Positions 9,621-20,540 of a DNA stretch of 64,000 bases are shown here, one piece after another. Position numbers and translations under genes: made by a program. Each line of letters opens with the position of its first letter. Positions within the stretch are counted from its first letter, which is position 1. The stretch comes from an uncultured virus (IMG/VR IMGVR_UViG_3300027708_001828) (taxonomy: Duplodnaviria; Heunggongvirae; Uroviricota; Caudoviricetes), in IMG/VR virus record IMGVR_UViG_3300027708_001828; one strand, 5' to 3'. The notes under the pieces were generated by a model. That model worked only from the letters and a program-made list of their open reading frames with translations, made no database searches and had not been told where the DNA came from.

Positions 9621-10022
9621 ATGGCCACAAAAGAAGCAGTTGCACAACTAGCCGCAATACCCGAGCGTGTAAGCGTACTAGAAACCAAAGTAGAAAACAT
9701 AAACGAAAAACTGGTTGATCTCAAATCGGATGTCAGAGACATGCACGACTGTTTGGATCAAACTCGTGATACAGTTCTAGCACAGTTAAATGTTATGACT
9801 AACGAGTATCGCACCAATGCTGAAAAATATTACGATCACGCCAATCATCTAAATGAATTGCAAACAGCCCAACACAATGAACTAGCTGGTAAAATTAACG
9901 AGTTGGAAAAAGTCAAAAGCAAGTGGACCATGTACGCCATGTCAGCGTTGGCCTTTGCCGCTGGCACTGGCTGGATCAACGCTATCAACTTCCCACACAT
10001 ATTAAAGTTCTTAGGCTTGTAA
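9621..10022 (+). CDS. Coiled-coil protein with C-terminal TM
   Basis: Heptad pattern, hydrophobic tail. Confidence 0.7.
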   Translation: MATKEAVAQLAAIPERVSVLETKVENINEKLVDLKSDVRDMHDCLDQTRDTVLAQLNVMTNEYRTNAEKYYDHANHLNELQTAQHNELAGKINELEKVKSKWTMYAMSALAFAAGTGWINAINFPHILKFLGL

Positions 10023-10038
10023 TTCTGTTAAATACAGA

Positions 10039-10722
10039 ATGAACGCATTAGAATTCATCGATCCAAATCCTCATCATCATGATCTCAACCCCGTCATATG
10101 GGATGACAAAGTCATGCGCCCTGAAATACAACATCAGCTACTGAAGATTGCACGGCATTTCATATCTTATCTAGATACCCCTAATCTCAAGCTCAAAGAC
10201 GTCACACTCAGCGGCAGTTCAGCAGGATACAACTACAGCAAGTTCAGCGATATGGATCTGCATCTAGTGGTCAACTCAGAAGAAACATTTACAGCTGAAA
10301 AGAATCAATACAATTCAACTCACGACATAGAGATCAAAGATATTCCTGTAGAGCTTTACGTGCAACCAGCTAGTCAGCCTCATCACAGCGAAGGTATATA
10401 CAGTGTGCTAAAAGGCCAATGGATACACGAACCTGTACACAAAGAACCCACAACAGATCCCAAAGACATAAAAAGCAAAGCTCGTAGTTATGCTCACAAG
10501 ATAAACAGTGCCATGCGTAGCAAAGATTTGACCAAGTGCAAAGAAGCTATGGAATCACTCAAACGACTGCGCAAAGCAGGACTAGAATCAGGCGGCGAAC
10601 AAAGCGTGGAAAATCTAGCTTTCAAACTACTCAGAGCTAGGGGACAAATTGATAAATTGCGTAAATACATAGATAAACTAACAAGTGCTGAATTAAGCCT
10701 CGGGGAAAACAATGAAGATTAA
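10039..10722 (+). CDS. Pol-beta superfamily nucleotidyltransferase
   Basis: GS...SDMDLHLVV motif and third acidic residue (VELY). Confidence 0.7.
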   Translation: MNALEFIDPNPHHHDLNPVIWDDKVMRPEIQHQLLKIARHFISYLDTPNLKLKDVTLSGSSAGYNYSKFSDMDLHLVVNSEETFTAEKNQYNSTHDIEIKDIPVELYVQPASQPHHSEGIYSVLKGQWIHEPVHKEPTTDPKDIKSKARSYAHKINSAMRSKDLTKCKEAMESLKRLRKAGLESGGEQSVENLAFKLLRARGQIDKLRKYIDKLTSAELSLGENNED

Positions 10723-11464
10723 AGACATATTAGGTGAAGACGGAATAACAGTCCAAAGTGTAACCGGCGACAAAGCCAAGCTGTCAAACGGCACTGAAAT
10801 TGATGCCAAGACACTGACACCTGACTCAGCACATCCGGGACAGCTGACCATGCCGCAAATGGATCCTGCCGCCATCAAACCGGGTGCTATGGTCAATCAA
10901 GGTGAGCAGTCAGAGGACATGGACAACGATCCCCTGGCACAGCAGTATGTTCAACAGATCAATCAATTCATGCAACAGGCTACAGAGCCTTGGGAAAAGG
11001 CACAGTTACAAGCACGTCTAAAGGCTGTGCAAGATGGACAAGTGCCACGTTCAGCCAACGGCGGTGCAATCAAACAACTGCCTCCACGTGAATGGGAAGC
11101 AAACCTAGCCAAAACTGCTCCGTCGACTCTAGTTCGCATGCTGGGTGTGTTTGGTACCAGTGCGTACAGCCCTGAATATCTCAAACAACACAACATGTTG
11201 AGTCGAGGTCTTGATCACATTGGGCTTGAGGAAGCTGACCTAACTGAAAAGAAACACAAAGACACTATGGCGCAAGGCGGCAGCGACATTGGTGGCGACA
11301 ATGGTGGAGACAAGGGCGATGATTTTATCGATGATGTGAAAGACAAAGGCTATGAACGTAAGAATCGTAATCCCGGATCCGGCAATCGCGGTCCTATTTC
11401 GGGTGGTAAGTTGAAAGAAACTGATGAGCTGTACAAGTGGCTCACCATCGCTGGTCTAAAATGA
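10712..11464 (+). CDS. Hypothetical (possible internal head) protein
   Basis: MKIKDILGE N-terminus. Confidence 0.65.
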   Translation: MKIKDILGEDGITVQSVTGDKAKLSNGTEIDAKTLTPDSAHPGQLTMPQMDPAAIKPGAMVNQGEQSEDMDNDPLAQQYVQQINQFMQQATEPWEKAQLQARLKAVQDGQVPRSANGGAIKQLPPREWEANLAKTAPSTLVRMLGVFGTSAYSPEYLKQHNMLSRGLDHIGLEEADLTEKKHKDTMAQGGSDIGGDNGGDKGDDFIDDVKDKGYERKNRNPGSGNRGPISGGKLKETDELYKWLTIAGLK

Positions 11465-11673
11465 AAATAAGCGAGCTATTGACTAATTTCGTTATCTATA
11501 CTTCCATTGAGGAACAGCAGATACTAGAAAAATTGGACCAGCCTGTTAAACTATCTAGACTCAGTGAGCATGATCAATTTAAAGTGCAGGCCATGATACG
11601 CAAAAGTCTAGTGGTCAAAATAGGTATGGAAGATCCCATGGTGGTAAAGAACAAGGACCTTGATTTCCAATAG
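11461..11673 (+). CDS. Hypothetical protein
   Basis: Start MKISELL. Confidence 0.65.
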   Translation: MKISELLTNFVIYTSIEEQQILEKLDQPVKLSRLSEHDQFKVQAMIRKSLVVKIGMEDPMVVKNKDLDFQ

Positions 11674-11702
11674 CATCATCTGTGCAGGATAAGTACTGTG
11701 CA

Positions 11703-12164
11703 ATGAAACAATCATCTAAAACCAAAAAACCCCAAGGTCGCGTGATCAAAGAGCTGGCACAGCACTTTGAAGAGGATCTCAAAAAATCACTGCCCATAAG
11801 CATACAGCCCAATGGCACTATAGTGTACAAAACATATTATATCAAAAAGAACTCACGTGAAAACTGGGGTTTGTTCAATATAAACAGCCACGATCAAGTC
11901 AACGAATTTTATCTCAAAACCTGTGCGCTTATGGCAGCCAAGGCCTACAGCAGTGTAAATTTAGATAAATTCTACGAAATCAAACGTGCAGACAATCTTT
12001 ACTGGGCTAACTATTGCGATTTGCAAGTGTATCGCAAAAATATCAAGACTGCCAAAGAATTTGAGAGATATTTGATCTTGTTAAATAAACTTGAACACAC
12101 AGAATTCCTAACTGAACATTACAAGGAAAAGATTTCCATGATGTTTAAGTGGAGTTTTGTATAA
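11703..12164 (+). CDS. Hypothetical protein
   Basis: ORF in operon. Confidence 0.7.
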   Translation: MKQSSKTKKPQGRVIKELAQHFEEDLKKSLPISIQPNGTIVYKTYYIKKNSRENWGLFNINSHDQVNEFYLKTCALMAAKAYSSVNLDKFYEIKRADNLYWANYCDLQVYRKNIKTAKEFERYLILLNKLEHTEFLTEHYKEKISMMFKWSFV

Positions 12165-12167
12165 ATA
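12160..12167 (+). promoter_or_regulatory. T4-type late promoter TATAAATA (representative; also 32013-32020, and TAAATA before many genes)
   Basis: Exact T4 gp55 consensus just upstream of ORF. Confidence 0.6.
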
Positions 12168-12194
12168 CTTACAATATAGCTTAGGGATACCACC

Positions 12195-13226
12195 ATGCAG
12201 ATTAGAGAATTATCAAAACCAGTTACAGCTAAACAGCTTAACGAAAACTTAGCCAAACAATATGGCTACAAACTAAACTTAGAAAAGTTTAGCGATGTGC
12301 AATTAGAAGATGCACGTAACAAGTTACGTACCAAGCTGAGTCAGCTTGAACTTAGTGAAAACTATGATGCCATCAACGAAAATCCCGACTATCAAAAGAC
12401 CAAAATCATGCTGGACTGTATCAATACAGAAATTTTAGAGCGTGAGGCAATTGCAGAGGGCACAAAAGACCTACCAGGCAATCAAGAAAAGATTGATGTT
12501 GCAAAACCAAAAGGCAAAATTGACGGCAAGGACATGGCCGCTCTACGTGCAATGAAGAAAAAGAAAATGGAAAGTGTAAATCTAGCATTAATGGTTAAAA
12601 AGGCTCGTGAGCATTCAGTTCCAACCAAGTGGATCGAATCGGCAATCAGCCGTATCAAACTAGGCGAAACAGATCAGCAAGAACTAACAGCAGAATTAAC
12701 AACACGTTATGACCTAAGTGAAGGCCAAGCCAACTATATTGTATATCTAAAAGAAGGTGAGCAAACCAAGGCAGAAGTAATTATGGCCACTAAAGACATG
12801 GTGGACCAAATTACAGGCTGGTACGAAGATGTGGCTCAATTAAAATCTGAGCATCTTCTAGAACTATTAGACTCTATAAGAGAAGCACTAGGCAGTGACG
12901 TTGCCAGCAAATATGAACAGGCAGTCAAGCCTGCACTGGATCAGATCTATTCATCAATTGAACAAGCACGTCAAGGCATATCATCAGGCCTAGCTCTAGT
13001 ATCAGGTGGCGAAGCTCCTGGTATGATGGGAGCACCAGCTCCAACAGGCATGCCAGGCGAAGACGCAGGTATGGGTGGTGAAACACCTCCGATGCCCGGT
13101 GAAGCACCAGACATGGGTGCAGAAACTCCAGCACTACCAGGTGCAGAAGCAGGCCGTGAGAAGCGTGAAAGCATTGACTACAGCCGCCGCTTAGGCATGA
13201 TGTTGGCTCAATCAAAAAAAAACTAA
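12195..13226 (+). CDS. Acidic helical prohead core/scaffold-like protein
   Basis: LxE motifs, P/G/A-rich linker; ends in A9 slippery run. Confidence 0.55.
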   Translation: MQIRELSKPVTAKQLNENLAKQYGYKLNLEKFSDVQLEDARNKLRTKLSQLELSENYDAINENPDYQKTKIMLDCINTEILEREAIAEGTKDLPGNQEKIDVAKPKGKIDGKDMAALRAMKKKKMESVNLALMVKKAREHSVPTKWIESAISRIKLGETDQQELTAELTTRYDLSEGQANYIVYLKEGEQTKAEVIMATKDMVDQITGWYEDVAQLKSEHLLELLDSIREALGSDVASKYEQAVKPALDQIYSSIEQARQGISSGLALVSGGEAPGMMGAPAPTGMPGEDAGMGGETPPMPGEAPDMGAETPALPGAEAGREKRESIDYSRRLGMMLAQSKKN

Positions 13227-13579
13227 ATGAAAACCTGGATCCCTTGGTAATGTTACTGAGGGATGAACAGGCCAAAGCCAATCGCGAATTTGCCGCAACT
13301 GGCAATGAAACTTCTGCTCCACTGTCGTGGAAAGCGATTAACCAACTGATCAGTGCATCAGGCAACCCAGAAGTGTCTTACGATGAGTTTGCACAACGTT
13401 GGGACAGTCAAGAGCCAGATGATCAAATACTCAAACAATTGGTAGCTAGATTTGATGGTCAGGGTCTTGTGATCAAGACCAAAGGTTCCGGTTCACAACC
13501 TGACATGGGTGAGCCCAATCCTGGAAAATCCAGTGTAGCTGCCGCGGCAGATCAAGCAACAGATCGAGCGTTTGCCTAG
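13220..13579 (+). CDS. -1 frame extension of 12195..13226 (or separate weakly initiated ORF)
   Basis: Frame is open from the A9 run: KLNENLDPLVMLLRDEQ... Confidence 0.55.
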   Translation, partial: KLNENLDPLVMLLRDEQAKANREFAATGNETSAPLSWKAINQLISASGNPEVSYDEFAQRWDSQEPDDQILKQLVARFDGQGLVIKTKGSGSQPDMGEPNPGKSSVAAAADQATDRAFA

Positions 13580-13608
13580 TTGACAAGTTACACAAGTTAG
13601 TGTAAACT
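13580..13608 (+). promoter_or_regulatory. sigma70-type promoter
   Basis: TTGACA-17-TAAACT. Confidence 0.65.
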
Positions 13609-13614
13609 AACCTA

Positions 13615-14334
13615 ATGTCACTACTAATAGAAAGGTTCAACTACACACCTATCAACAGACAAAGTGTAGAAGGTAAGCGTTTGTACGCACTTCCAGACGG
13701 AACCAAAGTTCCCAGTGTTACCACAATCCTTGACAAGACCAAAAGTCAAGAAAAGATTGATGCACTCAACAATTGGAAAAAACGTGTGGGTGAAGCCAAG
13801 GCACAGGAAATTGTAACTGAAGCCAGCGGACGTGGAACTAGGATGCACAAGTTCCTTGAAGACTATGTCAAGTCGGGCATTGTTAACGAACCCGGAACTA
13901 ATCCTTACAGCAAGCAAAGTCATATTATGGCCAAGCATGTGATTGAAAAGGGTCTATGCAATGTTAATGAAATATGGGGTGTAGAAGTTCCCTTATATTA
14001 TCCGGGACTATACGCAGGCACTACTGACGGATGCGGATTGCATCTCAATGATCAAAGCATATTAGATTACAAACAAACCAACAAACCCAAAAAAGAAGAG
14101 TGGATTGAAGATTACTATCTTCAGTTGACTGCTTATGCTCTAGCACACAACCAAGTACATGGCACTAACATATGCAAAGGTGTAGTTTTAATGTGTGTTA
14201 GTCCTAAAATGAACGACAAACTTGAAGTTATAGAACAACCCGTTTATCAGGAATTTATCTTAAAACCCCAAGATTTCAGCTACTGGGAAAGCAAGTGGTG
14301 GGATAGGGTGGAACAGTACTACGGTAAGAACTGA
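13615..14334 (+). CDS. PD-(D/E)xK exonuclease
   Basis: PSVTTIL, RGTRMH, AGTTD, DYK, QLTAY motifs. Confidence 0.85.
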   Translation: MSLLIERFNYTPINRQSVEGKRLYALPDGTKVPSVTTILDKTKSQEKIDALNNWKKRVGEAKAQEIVTEASGRGTRMHKFLEDYVKSGIVNEPGTNPYSKQSHIMAKHVIEKGLCNVNEIWGVEVPLYYPGLYAGTTDGCGLHLNDQSILDYKQTNKPKKEEWIEDYYLQLTAYALAHNQVHGTNICKGVVLMCVSPKMNDKLEVIEQPVYQEFILKPQDFSYWESKWWDRVEQYYGKN

Positions 14335-14361
14335 TAAATATCTCATAAGAGGATATTTTTC

Positions 14362-16371
14362 ATGGCCGTATATCAGATATCAAGAATACAAGTACGTCGC
14401 GGACAAGCGAATAGTGGTACAGGATTGCCACAGCTAGCATCTGGCGAAATGGCTTGGGCTATCGATACACAGCAATTATACATCGGTAGTGGTGCTGTAA
14501 GCGAAGGCGCTCCGGCAGTCAGCAATATCCGTGTTCTTACAGCGCAGGATCTGGGTCTACAAGGTAACTTGTTGGGACTAGCACAGTATGTGTATGGATC
14601 CAGTAACAGCTCTATTATTACAGGACCCAACGCCAACAGTCCTGTAGGACGCACTGTTAATACGAGACTGGATGATCAAATAACCACAGCAAATTTTGGC
14701 ACAATAGCAGACGGTGCCACAGATGATACCGCCGCACTACAACGTGCTATCAATCAATTGTTCCTAAACCCTAGCCAGGTCAGCTGGCAGAATACCAACA
14801 GTGCAGTCAAAACCAGGGCAGTGCTGACAATGCCGCCTGGCAATTATTATACCTCTGATACCTTGTACATACCCAGCTATACCAATCTGGTAGGAGCAGG
14901 CATAGACAAGACCATAATCAATTATCATCCCAAACAATACAGCATATCGGGCACATCAACGTATAACAATGCTATTTTGGCTGCAACAGTCGCCTCTTCA
15001 ACATATGTAGGCTATATCGTTACATGCCCAGCCAGTCCTACCGCGATTCCAAACAACACTACAGTTACAGGATTTACCGCAGGAGTAAGTTTGACACTGA
15101 GCAACAATGCGGCAGCCGGTTTATCTGGCGCTACATTTGTGTTGACCAGTCCTAAACCCGCGGTGCAGTTTGTTAACGACAACTCCACAGCAGGCTCACC
15201 TGATCCAGTAGCTGCCAGTACCACAACACAGGCCCGCAAGATACGCATCACTGATTTGACAATCTCAACCGCAACCGGACTCAATACTTTGATGCAATGC
15301 AATTCAGTGCGTGAAAGCAGATTTGAAAATATTGGATTGAATGGCTATAATAGTCAAACGCCATTTTCTGGAATTATCAATAACAACAGTATAGGTATAG
15401 CACTCAACAGCCCTATATCAGCTCAAACACAAGATAACATCTTTAGGAACATCAGAGCAACAGGATTGACCTATGGTGTGTATTCTTATCAGGATATTAC
15501 ACACTACTGCGAATTGGCAAATAACTTATTTGAGAACTGTTATTTTGCCAACAGCCTGATGGGATTCTTTTTAGGTAATGGTTACGTTTATAATATTGGT
15601 ACTAGCCCTACAGGTCCAATTCAAACACAGATAGTCAATAATAAATTTTATTATATACAACAAGAGGCAATTTATATTGCAGCCGGAACCGGAACCACTG
15701 TACAAAACTGCAAATATACCTATGTTGGTAACAATGGCGGAACCAACTTGGTAAGCACTTATCCTCAAGTGTATTTTGCGACCTATGGCAATTCATCAGT
15801 AGGTGATATCAGTGATAGAGATACTAATCTTGCCAACCCAAATACCAGTAGCAACCCAACATTTGCATTGATACCTTATGTACCTGTAGTGAGCGGACAT
15901 GGTACTTATTCATACACTGGCAATTCCTCATTGTCGCTGAACTATACAGTGTCGGCTACACAGATTTTTAAATTGCCATTGACTTGGTTGTCCAGCCAAA
16001 CTGTTCCCAAAGCCACTTTGTTCAGTACAGTTTCTCCTGCAGGTCCAACAGGGCAGATAATATATTCAGTACCCTACGTCTATGCCAGCAACAAAAATTT
16101 TACCAGACAAGGCATCCTAACCATCACAGCTGATGCGGCAAATCAACAGCTACAGTTAAGCGATGAATATAACTTTGCCGGAGCCGATGCAAGTCCAAAT
16201 ACTACATCGTCTATTGCGACCAATTTAGATTTTCAAGCTCAGTTCCTAGACAAGAACGGAGTCCTTACTTCTATCAGTAGTTTGGCTCCTTTCTCTATAG
16301 TAGTCACCTATATCAATACCCTATCCAGTGATAGCGGCACTTTCAGCTATACATACAACTCAGTATTCTAA
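14362..16371 (+). CDS. Tail fibre/tailspike with pectate-lyase-like beta-helix
   Basis: IQVRRG...LASGE N-terminus; FG..ADGATDDTAALQRAI; PPGNY. Confidence 0.7.
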   Translation: MAVYQISRIQVRRGQANSGTGLPQLASGEMAWAIDTQQLYIGSGAVSEGAPAVSNIRVLTAQDLGLQGNLLGLAQYVYGSSNSSIITGPNANSPVGRTVNTRLDDQITTANFGTIADGATDDTAALQRAINQLFLNPSQVSWQNTNSAVKTRAVLTMPPGNYYTSDTLYIPSYTNLVGAGIDKTIINYHPKQYSISGTSTYNNAILAATVASSTYVGYIVTCPASPTAIPNNTTVTGFTAGVSLTLSNNAAAGLSGATFVLTSPKPAVQFVNDNSTAGSPDPVAASTTTQARKIRITDLTISTATGLNTLMQCNSVRESRFENIGLNGYNSQTPFSGIINNNSIGIALNSPISAQTQDNIFRNIRATGLTYGVYSYQDITHYCELANNLFENCYFANSLMGFFLGNGYVYNIGTSPTGPIQTQIVNNKFYYIQQEAIYIAAGTGTTVQNCKYTYVGNNGGTNLVSTYPQVYFATYGNSSVGDISDRDTNLANPNTSSNPTFALIPYVPVVSGHGTYSYTGNSSLSLNYTVSATQIFKLPLTWLSSQTVPKATLFSTVSPAGPTGQIIYSVPYVYASNKNFTRQGILTITADAANQQLQLSDEYNFAGADASPNTTSSIATNLDFQAQFLDKNGVLTSISSLAPFSIVVTYINTLSSDSGTFSYTYNSVF

Positions 16372-16569
16372 GCCAAACAACTAGACAACGCTATAAAATG
16401 CGTATATAATTTAGTTTATCAGCGTGATAAGAAAAGTTAGAACTACGAAATAGGGCAAAATTGTTCTAAATTGTTGTCTTTGAATAGAATTTTAGCGCCA
16501 TTCTATTCTCTAATAAATACTACCTAGACACATTAAGTACAATACACAACCTATTCAAAGAAACAGACA

Positions 16570-18891
16570 ATGATAAAGATTACCGTAATAAAGAGAAGTG
16601 GCAACAAGGAAGATCTAGCAGTAGAAAAATGGCAAGCCCAAGTTGCAAAAGTTTGCCAAGGTATTGCCGATGTTAGTCAATCAATGATTGAGATCAAAAG
16701 TCAGCCACACTTTTATGATGGTATCACTACAGCAGAGATCGACGGCATTACACTACGTGCCATAGTAGACCTAATCGATGTAGAATCGAATCCGGATGTA
16801 GGTCACACCAATTATCAGTATGTGGCAGGCAAACAGCGTTTGTCAATGCTACGTAAAGATGTATATGGACAATATGAGGTTCCCCACCTCTACACAATCG
16901 TCAAGAAGAATGTTGATGTAGGACTGTACACTCCGGAACTGCTGGAGTGGTACACTGAAGATGATTGGAACCGAATGAATGACATGCTGGATCATGAAAA
17001 AGATGAACAGTATGGATATGCGGCTATTGAGCAGTTGATTGAAAAATATTTGGTACGCAATCGTGCGACAAAGGAAATTTATGAAACTCCACAAATTAGA
17101 TATATTGTGGCAGCGGCTACTGTGTTCCATAAAGAAGAACCTAACAGTGCTAGGATGCGTTATATTAAAGAGTATTATCAAGCCGCTTCAGATGGTTTGT
17201 TTACTTTGGCTACTCCTGTGCTGGCTGGTCTTGGAACTCCTACTAAGCAATTTAGTAGTTGCGTTCTTATTCGTAGCGATGATGATTTGGATTCCATTTT
17301 TGCCTCTGGTGAAATGATGGCCAAGTATGCCAGCAAACGTGCAGGCATTGGTTTAGAAATTGGTCGATTACGTCCACTAGGTAGTCCTATCCGTGGTGGC
17401 GAAATTATGCACACTGGCATGATCCCATTCTTAAAGAAATGGTTTGGTGATCTACGCAGTTGCAGTCAAGGAGGTATCCGTAATGCAAGTGCTACTGTGT
17501 TTTATCCCATTTGGCATCTACAGTTTGATGATCTTATTGTTCTTAAGAATAACCAAGGAACAGAAGAAACTAGGGTTCGACATATGGACTATGGAGTGGT
17601 ATTGTCTGCCTTCTTCTGGAGACGATTTCGAAATAAGGAAGCTATAACTTTCTTTGATCCCAATCAAGTACCTGACTTGTATGAAGCGTTCTACAAGAAC
17701 ACGCCCCTGTTTGAAGAGTTATATGTCAAATATGAAAAGCGCAAAGATCTACGTACCAAGACTATGAGTGCCGAAGAAGTATTCAAGAGCGGAATACTAA
17801 AAGAGCGTACAGATACTGGACGTATCTATCTTGTGTTCATTGACAATGTACAGAATCAAGGACCATTCGATCCTGAATACCACACTATCTATCAAAGTAA
17901 TCTCTGTTGTGAAATACTATTACCTACTAAATCTTTCAAGCGTCTTGATGATGTGGATGGCCGTATTGCTCTTTGCACACTCGGCTCGATCAACTGGGGA
18001 GCATTCCGCAATCCAGAAGACATGCGCCGTGCTTGCCGTATTTTACAGCGTAGTCTATGCAACATACTTGACTACCAAGATTTTCTAAGTATACAGAGCA
18101 AACTCAGCAATGATGAGATACAGCCACTAGGCATTGGTGTTACTAACCTAGCCTACTGGCACGCCAAGCGTGGCCTACGCTATGGCGAAAAAGATGCATT
18201 GCAGGACGTTAAGAGTTGGATGGAACATCAGGCCTTTTACTTGACAGAAGCCACAGTCGAACTAGCCAAAGAACGTGGTGCTTGTCAGCATAGCTCACAT
18301 ACACGATACGGCAAAGGCATCTTTCCCTGGGAACTTAGAGCCAAAGGTGCTGACCAGTTGGCAAACTTTGCTCCCGAACTTGACTGGGAAACACTGCGTA
18401 CCAATATGAAAGAATACGGTGTGCGCAATGCTACGCTTATGGCTATTGCTCCAGTGGAGTCTAGCAGTGTTGTTATCAATTCAACTAATGGCATAGAAAT
18501 GCCAATGAGCTTGATTAGCACTAAGGAAAGCAAAGCAGGATCGTTTACACAGGTTGTTCCCGAGTATCATAAACTCAAGAACAAGTATCAAATGATGTGG
18601 GATCAAAAGGATTGTACAGGTTATTTAAAAACTGCGGCAGTGCTAGCGGCCTATGTGGATCAGAGTATCAGTACTAACACTTTTTATAATCCAGCACACT
18701 TTGCTGATCGTAAAGTTCCAACCACATTGATTGCCAAGAACTTGATGCAAGCACAGCTATGGGGTTTAAAGACATTCTACTACAGTTTGATCAACAAAGC
18801 AGGCAGTAAACAAATAGCAGAAGAAGCTCCCACAATGTTAGAAGCTATTGATTTTGACAACGAAGAAGATTGCGAGGCATGTAAGCTATGA
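16570..18891 (+). CDS. nrdA: Ribonucleotide reductase class Ia alpha subunit
   Basis: ATP cone, QFSSC, SNLCCEI, C-terminal CEAC. Confidence 0.97.
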   Translation: MIKITVIKRSGNKEDLAVEKWQAQVAKVCQGIADVSQSMIEIKSQPHFYDGITTAEIDGITLRAIVDLIDVESNPDVGHTNYQYVAGKQRLSMLRKDVYGQYEVPHLYTIVKKNVDVGLYTPELLEWYTEDDWNRMNDMLDHEKDEQYGYAAIEQLIEKYLVRNRATKEIYETPQIRYIVAAATVFHKEEPNSARMRYIKEYYQAASDGLFTLATPVLAGLGTPTKQFSSCVLIRSDDDLDSIFASGEMMAKYASKRAGIGLEIGRLRPLGSPIRGGEIMHTGMIPFLKKWFGDLRSCSQGGIRNASATVFYPIWHLQFDDLIVLKNNQGTEETRVRHMDYGVVLSAFFWRRFRNKEAITFFDPNQVPDLYEAFYKNTPLFEELYVKYEKRKDLRTKTMSAEEVFKSGILKERTDTGRIYLVFIDNVQNQGPFDPEYHTIYQSNLCCEILLPTKSFKRLDDVDGRIALCTLGSINWGAFRNPEDMRRACRILQRSLCNILDYQDFLSIQSKLSNDEIQPLGIGVTNLAYWHAKRGLRYGEKDALQDVKSWMEHQAFYLTEATVELAKERGACQHSSHTRYGKGIFPWELRAKGADQLANFAPELDWETLRTNMKEYGVRNATLMAIAPVESSSVVINSTNGIEMPMSLISTKESKAGSFTQVVPEYHKLKNKYQMMWDQKDCTGYLKTAAVLAAYVDQSISTNTFYNPAHFADRKVPTTLIAKNLMQAQLWGLKTFYYSLINKAGSKQIAEEAPTMLEAIDFDNEEDCEACKL

Positions 18892-19988
18892 GTAAAGAAC
18901 AATATAATTTAAAAACAAAGACAGACTACCTTAATCGTAAGATGTTCTTAGACCCAGCGGGCCCAGTTACTATCCAACGATTTGAAGAAGTTAAGTACAA
19001 AAAGATTGCAGACTTTGAAGCTACTGCACGTGGCTTCTTTTGGCAACCAGAAGAGATTAGTCTAAGCAAGGACTCTAACGATTTTAAAGATGCCAGCGAT
19101 GCAGTCAAGCATATTTTTACCAGTAACCTACTACGCCAAACAGCTCTTGACAGTTTGCAAGGTCGCGGCCCTACACAAGTTTTTACACCAGTGTGCAGTT
19201 TGCCCGAAGTAGAAGCACTCATGTACAACTGGGGCTTCTTTGAAACCAACATCCACAGCAAGAGCTATAGCCATATCATTCGTAATATCTACAATGTGCC
19301 CAAAGATGTGTTTAGCACAATACACGACACAGAAGAGATTGTGGGCATGGCCTCAAGCGTGGGAAATTATTATGATGCATTGCATGTTATAAACTGCCGC
19401 AAAGAAGCAGGCGAAAAGATCAATGAAAAAACTCATATCAAAGCAATTTGGTTAGCATTGCATGCCAGCTATGCGTTGGAAGCATTCCGCTTCATGGTTA
19501 GTTTTGCTACAAGTCTTGCAATGGTAGAGAACAAGATCTTTATTGGCAATGGCAACATCATCAGTTTGATTCTACAAGACGAACTGCTACACAAGGGTTG
19601 GACTGCCTATTTGATCAATCAAGTGATCAAAGAAGATCCGAGATTCGCTGAAGCCAAAGCAGAATGTGAAGCAGAAGTTTATGCACTGTATGCGGATGTG
19701 ATACGTGAAGAAAAGGCGTGGGCAGATTACCTGTTCAAGATGGGTCCGGTGATCGGACTTAATGCGGCTATTCTCAAAGACTTTGTTGACTATACAGCAG
19801 TTGGCGCATTAAAAGATATTGGCATCAAGTACCAATCCAATGCACCTAGGTCTACTCCTATTCCTTGGTTCAATAAACATAGCGACACCAGCAAAAAACA
19901 AACAGCATTACAAGAAAACGAATCAACTAACTATGTGATAGGTATCATGGGTGAAGGCATTGACTACGATGAGTTGCCCGTGCTATAA
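18888..19988 (+). CDS. nrdB: Ribonucleotide reductase beta subunit
   Basis: FWQPEE, ETNIHSKSY, DELLH. Confidence 0.97.
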   Translation: MSKEQYNLKTKTDYLNRKMFLDPAGPVTIQRFEEVKYKKIADFEATARGFFWQPEEISLSKDSNDFKDASDAVKHIFTSNLLRQTALDSLQGRGPTQVFTPVCSLPEVEALMYNWGFFETNIHSKSYSHIIRNIYNVPKDVFSTIHDTEEIVGMASSVGNYYDALHVINCRKEAGEKINEKTHIKAIWLALHASYALEAFRFMVSFATSLAMVENKIFIGNGNIISLILQDELLHKGWTAYLINQVIKEDPRFAEAKAECEAEVYALYADVIREEKAWADYLFKMGPVIGLNAAILKDFVDYTAVGALKDIGIKYQSNAPRSTPIPWFNKHSDTSKKQTALQENESTNYVIGIMGEGIDYDELPVL

Positions 19989-20006
19989 TAACAAAAAGGA
20001 ACTAAT

Positions 20007-20234
20007 ATGAAAGCAATAGTATGGAGTAAAAATGCCTGTCCGTTTTGTGATCAAGCCAAGGGCTTGCTCAAAATGAAGGGAATAGAGTTTGAAGAACGCA
20101 ATATGAGCAAAGATTGGACCAAGGAGCAGTTGATGGCCGCTGTGCCCAATGCCAGAACTGTGCCGCAGATATTTATAGATGATAAATTAATAGGCGGGTT
20201 TCAAGAACTAAAGAAACATTTTGAAAAGGTATAA
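20007..20234 (+). CDS. Glutaredoxin
   Basis: CPFC, TVPQIFI, IGGF. Confidence 0.95.
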   Translation: MKAIVWSKNACPFCDQAKGLLKMKGIEFEERNMSKDWTKEQLMAAVPNARTVPQIFIDDKLIGGFQELKKHFEKV

Positions 20235-20235
20235 T

Positions 20236-20526
20236 ATGTTAATTAATAAAGGAATAGCAGAAGGCGAAGTGGTCACAATCAAAACTACAGCCGGTGAAGA
20301 AATTGTGGCTAAATTAGTTACAGATGGTCCACTCAGTGTTACTGTTAAAAAACCTCTTTGTCTCACTGCTACCAAAGACGGGATTGGCCTAGTGCCGTTC
20401 TTGTTTACCACAGATCCTGACACAGAAATTAGCATTAACAAAAACAGTATAATGGTTCTTGCGCCAACTATCAAAGATGCCGCAGATCGTTATACAGAAC
20501 AAACAACTGGTATTAAACTGGTATAA
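20236..20526 (+). CDS. Small beta-rich (Sm-like) hypothetical protein
   Basis: VVTIKTTAGEEIVAKL. Confidence 0.55.
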   Translation: MLINKGIAEGEVVTIKTTAGEEIVAKLVTDGPLSVTVKKPLCLTATKDGIGLVPFLFTTDPDTEISINKNSIMVLAPTIKDAADRYTEQTTGIKLV

Positions 20527-20540
20527 TTAAAGGAAACACA

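Noticed and set aside
16570..19988. Introns or inteins in nrdA/nrdB
   Set aside because: Both ORFs are uninterrupted and of normal length.
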